A DNA stretch of 35,607 nucleotides from Synechococcus sp. (GCA_051439425.1 JBFRWD010000080.1:1-35607), one strand, 5' to 3'; positions 1 to 8,718 are shown, counted from the first letter of the stretch. Notes: generated from the letters alone by a model not told the origin. Numbers and translations: made by a program.

Positions 1-111
1 GGCACGACCACTAGAGGGAGCTTTGTTGAAGAACTATTCTTTGACGGAAGTCAGTATGGGCTACAAAGCAATGACATCTTTGCTGTAGATTCCACATTCA
101 ACGCTATTTAG
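1..111 (+). CDS. 3' end of a CDS entering from the left edge (…GSFVEELFFDGSQYGLQSNDIFAVDSTFNAI*), product unknown
   Basis: Frame +1 is open from base 1 to TAG at 109-111 with a protein-like translation; too short to assign. Confidence 0.4.
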   Translation, partial: GTTTRGSFVEELFFDGSQYGLQSNDIFAVDSTFNAI

Positions 112-374
112 TCTGACACCTGACTCGATTAGGGACCTATCTACTCACTTAGGGACAAAGGCGATCTCGCACCAAATTTTGATACGAGCACGCAGCATTT
201 GTCTTCTGTAGATGCTTGCCGACAGAAAATGCCGTCGGGGACAGAAGTGAGTTCTGATAGGTTCAAAGGCAGATCAAAACCTCTGACGATAAACCGTTGA
301 GATGAATCGCGTCATCGGACGCTCTCGATATCTAGTGGGTTCGTGAGACGCGTCTTCCCGTTAGAAAACACGAC

Positions 375-630
375 TCAATTCAACTCAAACACTCTTTCCA
401 ACACAGCCAGTGACTCCTGGCTGATGTAGCTATCGGGAACCAAGACCTTTGGAACGCGAATCAACTGCGATCGCATCTTCTGAATCACCCCTTTCACCAC
501 CTCCACACTCGATCGCCCACACACAATCAACTGCGCCCGCTGCACAACAGTCCTCAACTGCACGTCATCATCCGACGTCGCTGACAGCATCAACAAGTTA
601 TCCCCGTGCCGACTCGTTAGCACCACTTTG
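375..630 (-). pseudogene. Duplicated 3' fragment of the plmA-like GntR gene, with no 5' end
   Basis: 394-630 matches 4666-4902 with 6 mismatches in 237 bp, and the stop codons align (375 vs 4647, offset 4272). The track ORF's N-terminus (MCAQNQPDN) comes from the adjacent IS1 remnant. Confidence 0.9.
394..630. repeat. Direct repeat copy 1 (left island boundary)
   Basis: Base-by-base comparison with 4666-4902; constant offset of 4272. Confidence 0.95.
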
Positions 631-934
631 TTGTCGGGCTGATTTTGAGCACACAAACAGAATCGCGGATTCCACTCCCCTTCATTGCCAGATCCAGAAT
701 TTGCTCTTTGCTCTCTGCAGGATAGCCTCGGTTGACATAGTCACGGATGAACGTAATCGAGGGCAATCTGCATTTCGACATCGGCATCATGCTTGCCTTC
801 GGCTGAATAGCAATGTTTGACTACATTGGTCTTGTGGCAGCAGGGACACTGGACAGTGTCTAAAATCATTGGCCAGTCGTAATCCTCTACGGCCCTCTCA
901 GTTTGGACTACATCCATAGACTTAGAGAACTACC
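631..934 (-). mobile_element. insA: Decayed, truncated IS1-family element (putative left end plus insA remnant)
   Basis: The minus strand from ATG at 869 reads MILDTVQCPCCHKTNVVKHCYSAEGK /fs/ CRCRNADCPR /fs/ TFIRDYVNRGYPAESKEQILDLAMKGSGIRDSVCVLKISPT. This gives an InsA zinc finger plus the GSGIRD…VLKISPT HTH, with two frameshifts. An IS1-like GGTAGTTCTC end starts at 934 (minus). No insB or right end seen. Confidence 0.8.
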
Positions 935-955
935 ACTTTAATTTGGAGCAAGGAT

Positions 956-1228
956 ATGTATGTAACAGCGATCCTGCAGCTTGCCGTAGCCCAAGAACTG
1001 CATCAACAGCAGCCCAGACTGGCGGCCTCCGAACAGCTCATACAGCTAGCTCAAGAACTCAACGTCCTATTGGAACCTTTACACCCAGGTGAGACCGATC
1101 CATATCTGGTTCCCTATTTCAAAGTAGAAGTCCCTGACCAAACAACAGCAGATCGGGTAATCTTCCATTTCCAAACTCTAGATGCTATCGAAGGAGCCTA
1201 TATAAAACCATCAGCAGAACTGCCTTAG
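956..1228 (+). CDS. Small protein resembling a stand-alone subtilase propeptide (I9-like inhibitor/chaperone, inferred)
   Basis: ATG has GGAG/AAGGA upstream. EPL…PYLVPYFKVEVPD…IEGAYIKPSAELP aligns by eye with EPL…PDLSVFYRVHAAD…IEAAYVKPAVALA in the prodomain of the neighbouring S8 protease. Confidence 0.75.
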   Translation: MYVTAILQLAVAQELHQQQPRLAASEQLIQLAQELNVLLEPLHPGETDPYLVPYFKVEVPDQTTADRVIFHFQTLDAIEGAYIKPSAELP

Positions 1229-1626
1229 GAAATACCTGGACAGTACACCAGAGGTCCAAATGACGGGCCGTTACACTGATTGCAGGTTCTACACCCGTTT
1301 GCTAAGAGTAATCCTCAACGCCCCTCTCAGCTTGGCCCATATCCACAGACCGAGAACATTCCCCAGGAAGATCGGAAAATAGTCAAAGCTGGTTTATTAC
1401 AAAATCTTCAAAACCTTATACGCGGATCGTCGTATTGCGTTCCAAGATCCATTTCCGCGAATATGTATCTGAGAAGATTGCTTGGCACTGACTCTACCAA
1501 AGAACCTTCGATACAGAGACAAAGGGAATAGCTGTCTAAGAAAAGGACAAGCACCTTATAAAAATAGGTTTTTTCCTTTTATTAGACATAAAAGTAGCGT
1601 CGATTCTTATAAAGATTCGGTTGAAA

Positions 1627-1664
1627 GTGAGCTGGAAATTTTTCCAAAAAAGTTTCCAGCTCAC
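1627..1664. promoter_or_regulatory. Long inverted repeat upstream of the S8 protease
   Basis: GTGAGCTGGAAA (1627-1638) and TTTCCAGCTCAC (1653-1664) are perfect arms, extendable to 17 bp with one U-G pair around a CCAA loop. Confidence 0.5.
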
Positions 1665-1798
1665 CTTCCAATGAATCTCTCAAAAGGATGGATGGCTAGC
1701 ATTGCTGGTTCCCGGAGAGCTCAAATCCCAATCGCAATACATCGAATCAGGCACGGCAGAATCTCTCAAAGGAAAGTGAAGACAAAAGAGGTTTCATA

Positions 1799-3553
1799 AT
1801 GACGAACACAGTCAATAATCCTTTGGTTTCAGAAGAATTACCAATGGAAAGGGAACTGATCTTGATCGCAAAGCGCGAAGCTGAACTAAGAGTTAGCCGA
1901 GAGGGAGTAACCTCCACCACAAGTGATGTTTTACCCCTAACCAGCCTGCTTGAGATAGAGGACGCAACGATAGAGCCCCTCTTTGGGGATACTGAGGCAC
2001 GACTCCAACTGGAGGCCGAATCTCTGGCTTCAGAAACGAATGAAAACGTGCCAGACTTATCAGTTTTCTATCGAGTGCATGCTGCCGATGACCGACTAGA
2101 TGAACTGGCCAGCCGTTTAAGCGGTCAGGAAATGATAGAAGCTGCCTACGTGAAACCAGCGGTTGCCCTAGCGGTGATGGCTGGAGAAGTAGCTGAAGAG
2201 GCCGTTGAAGAGGAAGCGATTGAATTTGGCGAAGTCCTCAACGATCTGATGCCTGCAGAAGCAGAAGCACCACCAGCAACCCCTAATTTTACGAATCGCC
2301 AGGGATACCTGAATAGAGCCCCAGAGGGTATTGATGCGAAATATGCCTGGACCCGGCCCGGTGGTAGCGGCAAAGGGGTTTGCATCGTTGATATTGAAGG
2401 GGCTTGGCGATTCGATCATGAAGACTTGAGGCAAAATCAAGGAGGTGTCATTGGGGGTACACCTACCAGCGATCGGTCCTGGCGCAACCACGGTACCGCA
2501 GTCATCGGAGAATTTGGCGCTGACCGTAATGCCTTCGGCTGTACAGGGATTTCGCCCGATGCTCGCGTACGAGGTGTTTCGATTTTTGGTGGAATGGGAA
2601 CTGCCGGAGCCATACGCCATTCTGCTAACTCCTCAAAACCGGGCGACATCATCCTGATCGAACTCCAGCGAGGAGGGCCCCGCAGTCGATATCTGCCTCT
2701 AGAGTTTTGGCCCGATGACTTTGCAGCGATTCGCTATGCCGTCACCAAGGGGGTCATTATTGTCGAAGCCGGCGGAAACGGTGGCGAGAACTTGGATCAC
2801 CCCCTCTACAACAATCGACCGAACGGATTCCCTCGCTCGTGGAAAAATCCATTTAATCCAGCCAACCCAAATTCAGGGGCAGTAATGGTAGGCGCTGGAG
2901 CACCACCACCTGGGACCCACGGTAGAAACCACGGACCAGATCGATCCAGATTAGGTTTTTCTAATTATGGAAGACGTGTGGATTGTCAGGGTTGGGGCCG
3001 TGAAGTAACTACTGCAGGGTACGGCGATCTCCAAGGCGGAAGCAGTGAGAATCTGTGGTATACCGACCAATTTAGCGGTACTTCCAGTGCATCTCCAATT
3101 GTTGTTGGAGCACTAGCCTGCGTCCAAGGGGTGTTGCGAGCCCACGGTAGGATTCCGTTGAGTCCTGCCCGGGCGAGGCATTTACTCCGGATTACAGGTT
3201 CACCCCAACAGGATGCCCCCGGACGGCCAAGGACGCAGCGAATTGGTAAACGTCCTAATCTACGTCAGCTGATTCCCTATGCATTGCAAACAAGGGAATG
3301 GGTCGGTGTTCAGTTCCATGGGAAGATTGCCGCCGGTCAAACCAAACGCTGGTTTACTTGGGGTTGGCCAGCCCACTGGCATGTAGTTTGGACAGTGGTA
3401 CCGGTGACGCCGAAACGAGGAGGTCCCCAGATTAAGTGGGAGGTACAAGTCGAGCGGGCATCTGACGATCGCATCACCTACTGGATCGATATCTCTAACG
3501 TCAGTTCGGAAGAGGTGAATATCGAGGCCCGCTATGCCGTACAAGGATGGTAA
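1799..3553 (+). CDS. S8 (subtilisin-like) serine peptidase with N-terminal prodomain and Trp-rich C-terminal domain
   Basis: Catalytic motifs IVD198IEG, NH231GTAV, oxyanion AGGN327G and GTS429SASP. GAGGT RBS; no signal peptide; extra ~84-aa C-terminal domain. Confidence 0.93.
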   Translation: MTNTVNNPLVSEELPMERELILIAKREAELRVSREGVTSTTSDVLPLTSLLEIEDATIEPLFGDTEARLQLEAESLASETNENVPDLSVFYRVHAADDRLDELASRLSGQEMIEAAYVKPAVALAVMAGEVAEEAVEEEAIEFGEVLNDLMPAEAEAPPATPNFTNRQGYLNRAPEGIDAKYAWTRPGGSGKGVCIVDIEGAWRFDHEDLRQNQGGVIGGTPTSDRSWRNHGTAVIGEFGADRNAFGCTGISPDARVRGVSIFGGMGTAGAIRHSANSSKPGDIILIELQRGGPRSRYLPLEFWPDDFAAIRYAVTKGVIIVEAGGNGGENLDHPLYNNRPNGFPRSWKNPFNPANPNSGAVMVGAGAPPPGTHGRNHGPDRSRLGFSNYGRRVDCQGWGREVTTAGYGDLQGGSSENLWYTDQFSGTSSASPIVVGALACVQGVLRAHGRIPLSPARARHLLRITGSPQQDAPGRPRTQRIGKRPNLRQLIPYALQTREWVGVQFHGKIAAGQTKRWFTWGWPAHWHVVWTVVPVTPKRGGPQIKWEVQVERASDDRITYWIDISNVSSEEVNIEARYAVQGW

Positions 3554-3960
3554 AGGAGACTGTGAAAATGCGCATTATCATTGAAACAGAAGGTGATGCA
3601 GTGGCTCCGGCCATAAAGGTTGAGAACGCTAATGATGTCAAGGTGATAGACGCGGGTTCTCCACCTCAGTATCTGCTTCAGCTAACGGCAGAACAATTGG
3701 CTGGGAGAGACAATGCCCCTGCCTCGGAAGATGCAATCGATGCTGGACCTCCCTCGCCAAGCTTAGAGGCTGCTTTTCGAGCAGTTGCCTCACTCAACTC
3801 CGAGCTAGATGAAGAAACGGCTGATTTGGCGATCGCTGACGGTGGTGGGATGGTGCCGGATTTTCCTCCACCTTTAGTGGTTTCTGAGGCCAAGGAGGTA
3901 TCGCCAACTACTGACGTAGAAGATGCCATAGATGCGGGCTCGCCTCGCCAACGGCTATAG
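3547..3960 (+). CDS. Acidic Ala/Pro/Asp-rich protein with repeated IDAG(S/P)P motifs (probable start ATG 3568)
   Basis: Overlaps or abuts the S8 stop; AAGGAG at 3553-3558 lies 9 nt before ATG 3568. Motifs VIDAGSPP, EDAIDAGPP, IADGGG and EDAIDAGSP. Confidence 0.8.
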   Translation: MVKETVKMRIIIETEGDAVAPAIKVENANDVKVIDAGSPPQYLLQLTAEQLAGRDNAPASEDAIDAGPPSPSLEAAFRAVASLNSELDEETADLAIADGGGMVPDFPPPLVVSEAKEVSPTTDVEDAIDAGSPRQRL

Positions 3961-4646
3961 GATACCTCGCAGCTCGCGACGACCGAAGGAGGAGTGGTTC
4001 ACATCCTAGAGACCTAAACAGACCTGGGGTGGGTGTTCCTATCATTGTTTGGCTTTAATATCCACACGCCAGTATGGTTTAGCAGCTCGCTATACTATCT
4101 GGTTCGATCGCACCCACCCTTTGCTAACCAGACGTAGGTACGGAGGAAGCTACTTTCATACCTTTCTACAGCAGTGCGTTCCTCTCGGATACTGGTTCCA
4201 CCGAATTGGTCCGCAGAACTATTTTCTGATGAGGGATGTAGCAAACGCTAGCAAAAGCAATATACGGACTCAGCCCTGCAACCCCTCCAATATGAGGAAT
4301 TAACCAGAAACTCGAACGACTAATGCCCGTATTTGGGTGATTAACAACATAGATATCGGTTTAACAATCGAATAGTGGCTACTACTTGCTATGTCACGCT
4401 CCATAACTTGGAGGGCTCTACACACCATTCCAAACCTGGACAAGCTACAGGTATAGCGAGTGATAAGGGAACGAAAGCAATCAACCATTGAGCTGGTAAA
4501 CGAGAGCTGGCAACAACTGAACAACAAACCATCGAGTGCTTCGACGACTCAATGAGATTGTCGGATCGCTTTCGGTTAGCACTATTCCCAGTTGGCAATT
4601 GAGACTGTGAGTTGGTTGCTCGAAGGGCTGACTTTAGAATGCTCCG

Positions 4647-5636
4647 TCAATCCAAGACAAGTGCCCTTTCCAACACAGCCAGTGACTCCTGACTGATGTA
4701 GCTATCGGGAACCAAGACCTTTGGAGCGCGAATCAACTGAGATCGCATCTTCTGAATCACCCCTTTCACCACCTCCACACTCGATCGCCCACACACAATC
4801 AACTGCGCTCGCCGCACAACAGTCCTCAACTGCACGTCATCATCCGGCGTCGCTGACAGCATCAACAAGTTATCCCCGTGCCGACTCGTTAGCACCACTT
4901 TGGCCACCTGCAATACCTCCGGGCTAATCGACACCAAGCCCACGCAGCTATTGGGGTCGAGGTGACCGATCGCCTCAATCTCCTGCTCGTACCGATTTAC
5001 ATCCACCGCGATCGCTCGCGCCCCATACTCCGCCGCCACCGCCTCCACCGGCTGCAAATAATATCGAGTGGTCAACAGCGTCACCGACGGGTTCTCCTCC
5101 AACACTGGTGCAAGATTTTCCAGCGCGATTGCCTGCACCGACAGCCCTAACTCCTGCATCAGCTCGTATGTCATCAGACGCCCCACCCCCTCCTGTTCCA
5201 GAGGCACCGTCACAATCGCCTGCGCGCCACACTGCTGCCGCCAATCAATCGCCTCTACCATCAGCGATCGCACCTGAGCCAGCGAATATCCCAACCGACT
5301 CAATCCATCAATCGCCTCCCGCACAATCCCCCGTGCCTTAGCCAAACTGCCCTCACAGTCTGCCGATTCAGAATTAGGAGTCGCTCTCGTTCCCTCCTCT
5401 CGCACATACATCCCCGAACCCGCTCGCGCCTCAATCAGCCCTTCTTTTTCTAGATGAGAGTAGACCCGCGTAATCGTGTTGCGGTGCAGTCCCGTTTGCA
5501 TAGCTAACTGCCGAGTACTGGGTAGACGACTGCCGGGGGCGACTTGCTTAGAAGCGATCGCGAATCCAATTTGGCTGGTCAATTGCTGCGATGCTGGAAT
5601 CTCGCTATCGGGCTGAATATAAAACTTGGGAATCAT
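4647..5636 (-). CDS. plmA: GntR-family transcriptional regulator, cyanobacterial PlmA subfamily
   Basis: wHTH …PASQQLTSQIGFAIAS…GSRLPSTRQLAMQTGLHRNTITRVYSHLE…AGSGMYV; ~330 aa with a PlmA-type C-terminal domain. Confidence 0.85.
   Translation of the reverse strand: MIPKFYIQPDSEIPASQQLTSQIGFAIASKQVAPGSRLPSTRQLAMQTGLHRNTITRVYSHLEKEGLIEARAGSGMYVREEGTRATPNSESADCEGSLAKARGIVREAIDGLSRLGYSLAQVRSLMVEAIDWRQQCGAQAIVTVPLEQEGVGRLMTYELMQELGLSVQAIALENLAPVLEENPSVTLLTTRYYLQPVEAVAAEYGARAIAVDVNRYEQEIEAIGHLDPNSCVGLVSISPEVLQVAKVVLTSRHGDNLLMLSATPDDDVQLRTVVRRAQLIVCGRSSVEVVKGVIQKMRSQLIRAPKVLVPDSYISQESLAVLERALVLD
4666..4902. repeat. Direct repeat copy 2 (inside the plmA 3' end; right island boundary)
   Basis: Matches 394-630. 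Confidence 0.95.
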
Positions 5637-5659
5637 GGCCGACTGCCGAGTAACAAGGA

Positions 5660-6829
5660 TTAAGCAGGCACGCTCGCCGGAAATTTTGGATGGGCGATCG
5701 TACGTCCAGAATCCCCATCAAACAGATGCAAGCGATCTCGATTCAGCGTCCACCCCACCTGCTCCCCCGTTCGATAACCCAACTCTGGAGCCACACTAAC
5801 TTGAACCTTAGTCTCTCCCCGATCTAAATCCGTTTCCCCTAAATCGGTTACCACTAATGTCTGTGCCCCCAGCACTTCAACCACCTCAACGGTTCCCACC
5901 ACATCAGCGGTTTCCACACTGCCCGGCATCGCCCGCTCCGGTCGAAATCCCAACATCAATGGGCGATCGCGAGCGACTACCTGGCGCATCTCCCAATTGG
6001 GCGGAACTGGTAACGGCTTGCGCAGATGCTGACCCACCAGCAATCCCTCTGGGTCGAGCGTCACGGGAATCAGATTCATGGGAGGCGACCCAATAAACTG
6101 GGCCACAAACGTATTCGCGGGTCGCCGATACAAATTCAGCGGAGTATCCACCTGCTGCAGGTGGCCGTCCTTCAGCACCACAATCCGATCGCCCATCGTC
6201 ATTGCTTCCACCTGATCGTGGGTGACGTACATCGCTGTGGTGCCCAACTGCCGCTGCAATTGCACAATCTGCGATCGGGTCTCTACTCGCAACTGAGCAT
6301 CCAAATTCGACAGCGGCTCATCTAACAGAAAGACCTGGGGATTGCGCGCCATTGCCCGCCCCAACGCCACACGCTGCTTTTGCCCTCCCGATAATTCCTT
6401 CGGCTTGCGCCACAAGTAACGTTCGATCTGAAGCTGTTCGGCGATCGTTCTCACCTGTCGATCGATCGCCTGCCGACGCTTGCGCCCCGTCGCCGACAGC
6501 GGATTCATCACCCGCCTCCCCTGTCGCCGCAGTCCAAACGCCAAATTGTTGTACACACTCAGATGGGGATACAGCGCGTAGTTCTGAAACACCATGGCAA
6601 TATCCCGTTGCTTTGGCGGGAGCTGGGTGACGGAGCGATCGCCGATGGCTATCTCTCCAGCAGTCGGGAACTCCAACCCAGCCACAATTCGTAGCAGCGT
6701 GCTCTTGCCACAACCCGAGGGACCAACCAATACCATAAACTCGCGATCGCGAATCTCAAGGTCAATCGAGTGCAATGCCGTAGTGTTGCCAAACTGCTTC
6801 TGAATTCCAGCCAGCTTTACGGATGCCAT
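5660..6829 (-). CDS. Carbohydrate ABC transporter ATP-binding protein (MalK/UgpC family)
   Basis: Walker A GPSGCGKS, VFQNYALYPH, signature LSGGQKQR, Walker B LLDEPLSNLD, YVTHDQ, and a C-terminal TOBE-like region. Confidence 0.93.
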   Translation of the reverse strand: MASVKLAGIQKQFGNTTALHSIDLEIRDREFMVLVGPSGCGKSTLLRIVAGLEFPTAGEIAIGDRSVTQLPPKQRDIAMVFQNYALYPHLSVYNNLAFGLRRQGRRVMNPLSATGRKRRQAIDRQVRTIAEQLQIERYLWRKPKELSGGQKQRVALGRAMARNPQVFLLDEPLSNLDAQLRVETRSQIVQLQRQLGTTAMYVTHDQVEAMTMGDRIVVLKDGHLQQVDTPLNLYRRPANTFVAQFIGSPPMNLIPVTLDPEGLLVGQHLRKPLPVPPNWEMRQVVARDRPLMLGFRPERAMPGSVETADVVGTVEVVEVLGAQTLVVTDLGETDLDRGETKVQVSVAPELGYRTGEQVGWTLNRDRLHLFDGDSGRTIAHPKFPASVPA

Positions 6830-6980
6830 ACCAGCGATCGTCCGAATCGATGTCTCACAGATTAAGGACTACTCTACCGAGTCCCCAGAAAGAAAGGTCT
6901 CTTACGAGACCTATGAACTTCCTAAAATTGCTTGTCACCTCAGGTCCAGCAGCTTGGTCGATCGAGCAAACATCGGAGAG

Positions 6981-7403
6981 TCACCCTAACTTACGTCCCC
7001 TAAACTGCCCCTGTCTCTGCGGTACAGCCCGGAGAGCGGGAGCAAGTGAGGAATCCGAAATAGGTCGACCTCTATAAGTCGGTTGCAGCCTCTCTTCACT
7101 GCGAGCCTGTTGGTCAATATTGGCCACATTTAAATCAACCACATTTGATTCTCTGAGGGCTTCATCGGAGAGGTAAAGCGAGAAGCCACCACTCTTCTCA
7201 ACCACAAGCGGGAGAGTTTTTGCGTCTGAGGGCGATTCGAAATACTTCCTTGCCGCTTCGCAAGCTCGTTCAAAGCTGCATCCAGCCATCACTTCCTTCC
7301 AAAGATGCTGGGCATACCGAATCCCCTTGATAGGGTGCTCGAACTCTTGGGCAACTGACATCAATTGCAACTCAAGTGCCTCGTCAACAGAGATAACGAA
7401 CAT
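6981..7403 (-). CDS. Hypothetical protein
   Basis: 140-aa ORF with AGGAG RBS; weak by-eye resemblance to small cyanobacterial MF(I/V)…Y…LLEE…FS(V/L)W-type proteins, unverified. Confidence 0.65.
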   Translation of the reverse strand: MFVISVDEALELQLMSVAQEFEHPIKGIRYAQHLWKEVMAGCSFERACEAARKYFESPSDAKTLPLVVEKSGGFSLYLSDEALRESNVVDLNVANIDQQARSEERLQPTYRGRPISDSSLAPALRAVPQRQGQFRGRKLG

Positions 7404-8050
7404 GACCCAAAACTCCTAACACACGAAAAACGTAAATTAAGTCAAAATTGAGAATCAGAATGCCAAAAAAGCGATCAACGGGTCGTTTATCTGTATAAAT
7501 AGCTATTGATGCAGTATTTACACTTAAGTGTATACGTAATCTTCCGTTATCTAGACTTTATTTCCAAATATTTTGCAATTGACTGCGCAATATAGAACCA
7601 CAGACCTCTAGCCTGTAAAGATTTTGTTGAAAATCTCGACCCCAGACATGCTGTGTCCGAAATAAACAGTGTCGTAGCGCTTGCATCGCATAGGCTGCGC
7701 AGTAACAGATCGCCACAAGTCCTACCCCCTCTACGATTCAAGCAACGCAGACCCCTTTAATAACTGGGATTGAAGTAGACAGCATACATCCTGGAACTCA
7801 CTGCCAAACGCCATCAATACTATTGAGTAATTTAGATTTGATAGCAGCCTCGAACTGTTACTCGAAAGCAAAACGGCGAGCAACATATCATTTTGTCCGC
7901 CAGGCGCCCAAAACAGATAGATTTTTTACAGGCGCTCAATGCTATTCCCTTTGGAGATTGCTTGGCTTCGAGCTGAACGTCTCGAATAGAGAGTATTTTT
8001 ACGCATTCAAATCAAAAAAGCATATCAAAATATTGATGTTGGCCAATACC

Positions 8051-8683
8051 TTAGTTTGAAGACCAAAGTGTACCTTCAAGAAGCTGCCCCCACTTCGCAT
8101 TAAACGGATGAACCTCTTGAACGGGAGCCTCGTCTCGTACCAGACGACGACCTTCGTTAGCCCAAGCAAAAATTGACCCTTCAAGGTTGTACACCGCTGT
8201 AAAGCCTGCCGCTTCTAGATCTTGGGCCACTGCTGAAGAGCGATATCCCACCGAGCAGTACACAACAATCGCTCGATCCCTGGGAATGCGCTCTAGTGCA
8301 GCAAGGGCATCTTCAGTGGTAGTTGCCAGAATCGCGCCCTCTATCTGGCTGACCTTGAATTCTTCTGGTTCTCGAATATCTAACATCACGGGAGTGAGAC
8401 CGCCCTCCAGCCAATTAGACAAGTCATCGGTGCTGATGTGCCGAACGGTGGGAAACGCCTTTCGAATTTCCCGATACAGTGCTGGCCACGTAGGCGCAGT
8501 TTGTCGGAAGGCAAGAGTCCGAAGTGCCAAACCAGCCACTGCAACCGTGACCACGAACACGGTCAACAGGATCCCATTGGACAGGCGGGGAGGTCTGAAC
8601 AGCTGGAGAGAGAGAAGGCTTAGTAATAGGTGGCGAAGCGACATCTCTGTCCCTGTGTAGCGGCCGAACTGAATATCGACCAA
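8051..8683 (-). CDS. Membrane-anchored rhodanese-like domain protein (probable start ~8644)
   Basis: LDIREPEEFKVSQIEGA, active-site loop VYCSVGYRS, NLEGSIFAWAN, and an N-terminal hydrophobic helix. Confidence 0.88.
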   Translation of the reverse strand: MVDIQFGRYTGTEMSLRHLLLSLLSLQLFRPPRLSNGILLTVFVVTVAVAGLALRTLAFRQTAPTWPALYREIRKAFPTVRHISTDDLSNWLEGGLTPVMLDIREPEEFKVSQIEGAILATTTEDALAALERIPRDRAIVVYCSVGYRSSAVAQDLEAAGFTAVYNLEGSIFAWANEGRRLVRDEAPVQEVHPFNAKWGQLLEGTLWSSN

Positions 8684-8718
8684 AAAACTGAATATCTACT
8701 GGACTTGATAGCTGAATG

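Noticed and set aside
1280..1799. Track ORFs 1280-1531 and 1482-1799
   Set aside because: Weak starts, mutual overlap and no recognisable motifs; more likely intergenic or regulatory.
1799..3553. IetAS-type or other ATPase-coupled S8 defence system
   Set aside because: There is no AAA/STAND ATPase gene in the island.
1799..3960. Cyanobactin (PatA/PatE/PatG) cluster
   Set aside because: No PatE leader (LAELSEE), no AYDG-type sites, and no YcaO, PatG or PatB/C genes; the protease C-terminal domain looks different.
4049..4598. Short ORFs at the right end of the island (possible integrase or IS remnant)
   Set aside because: I could not recognise recombinase or transposase motifs in the frames read; may be decayed coding DNA, and needs tBLASTx.
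394..4902. Diversity-generating retroelement TR/VR pair
   Set aside because: The six mismatches are not confined to adenines of one copy, and there is no reverse transcriptase.
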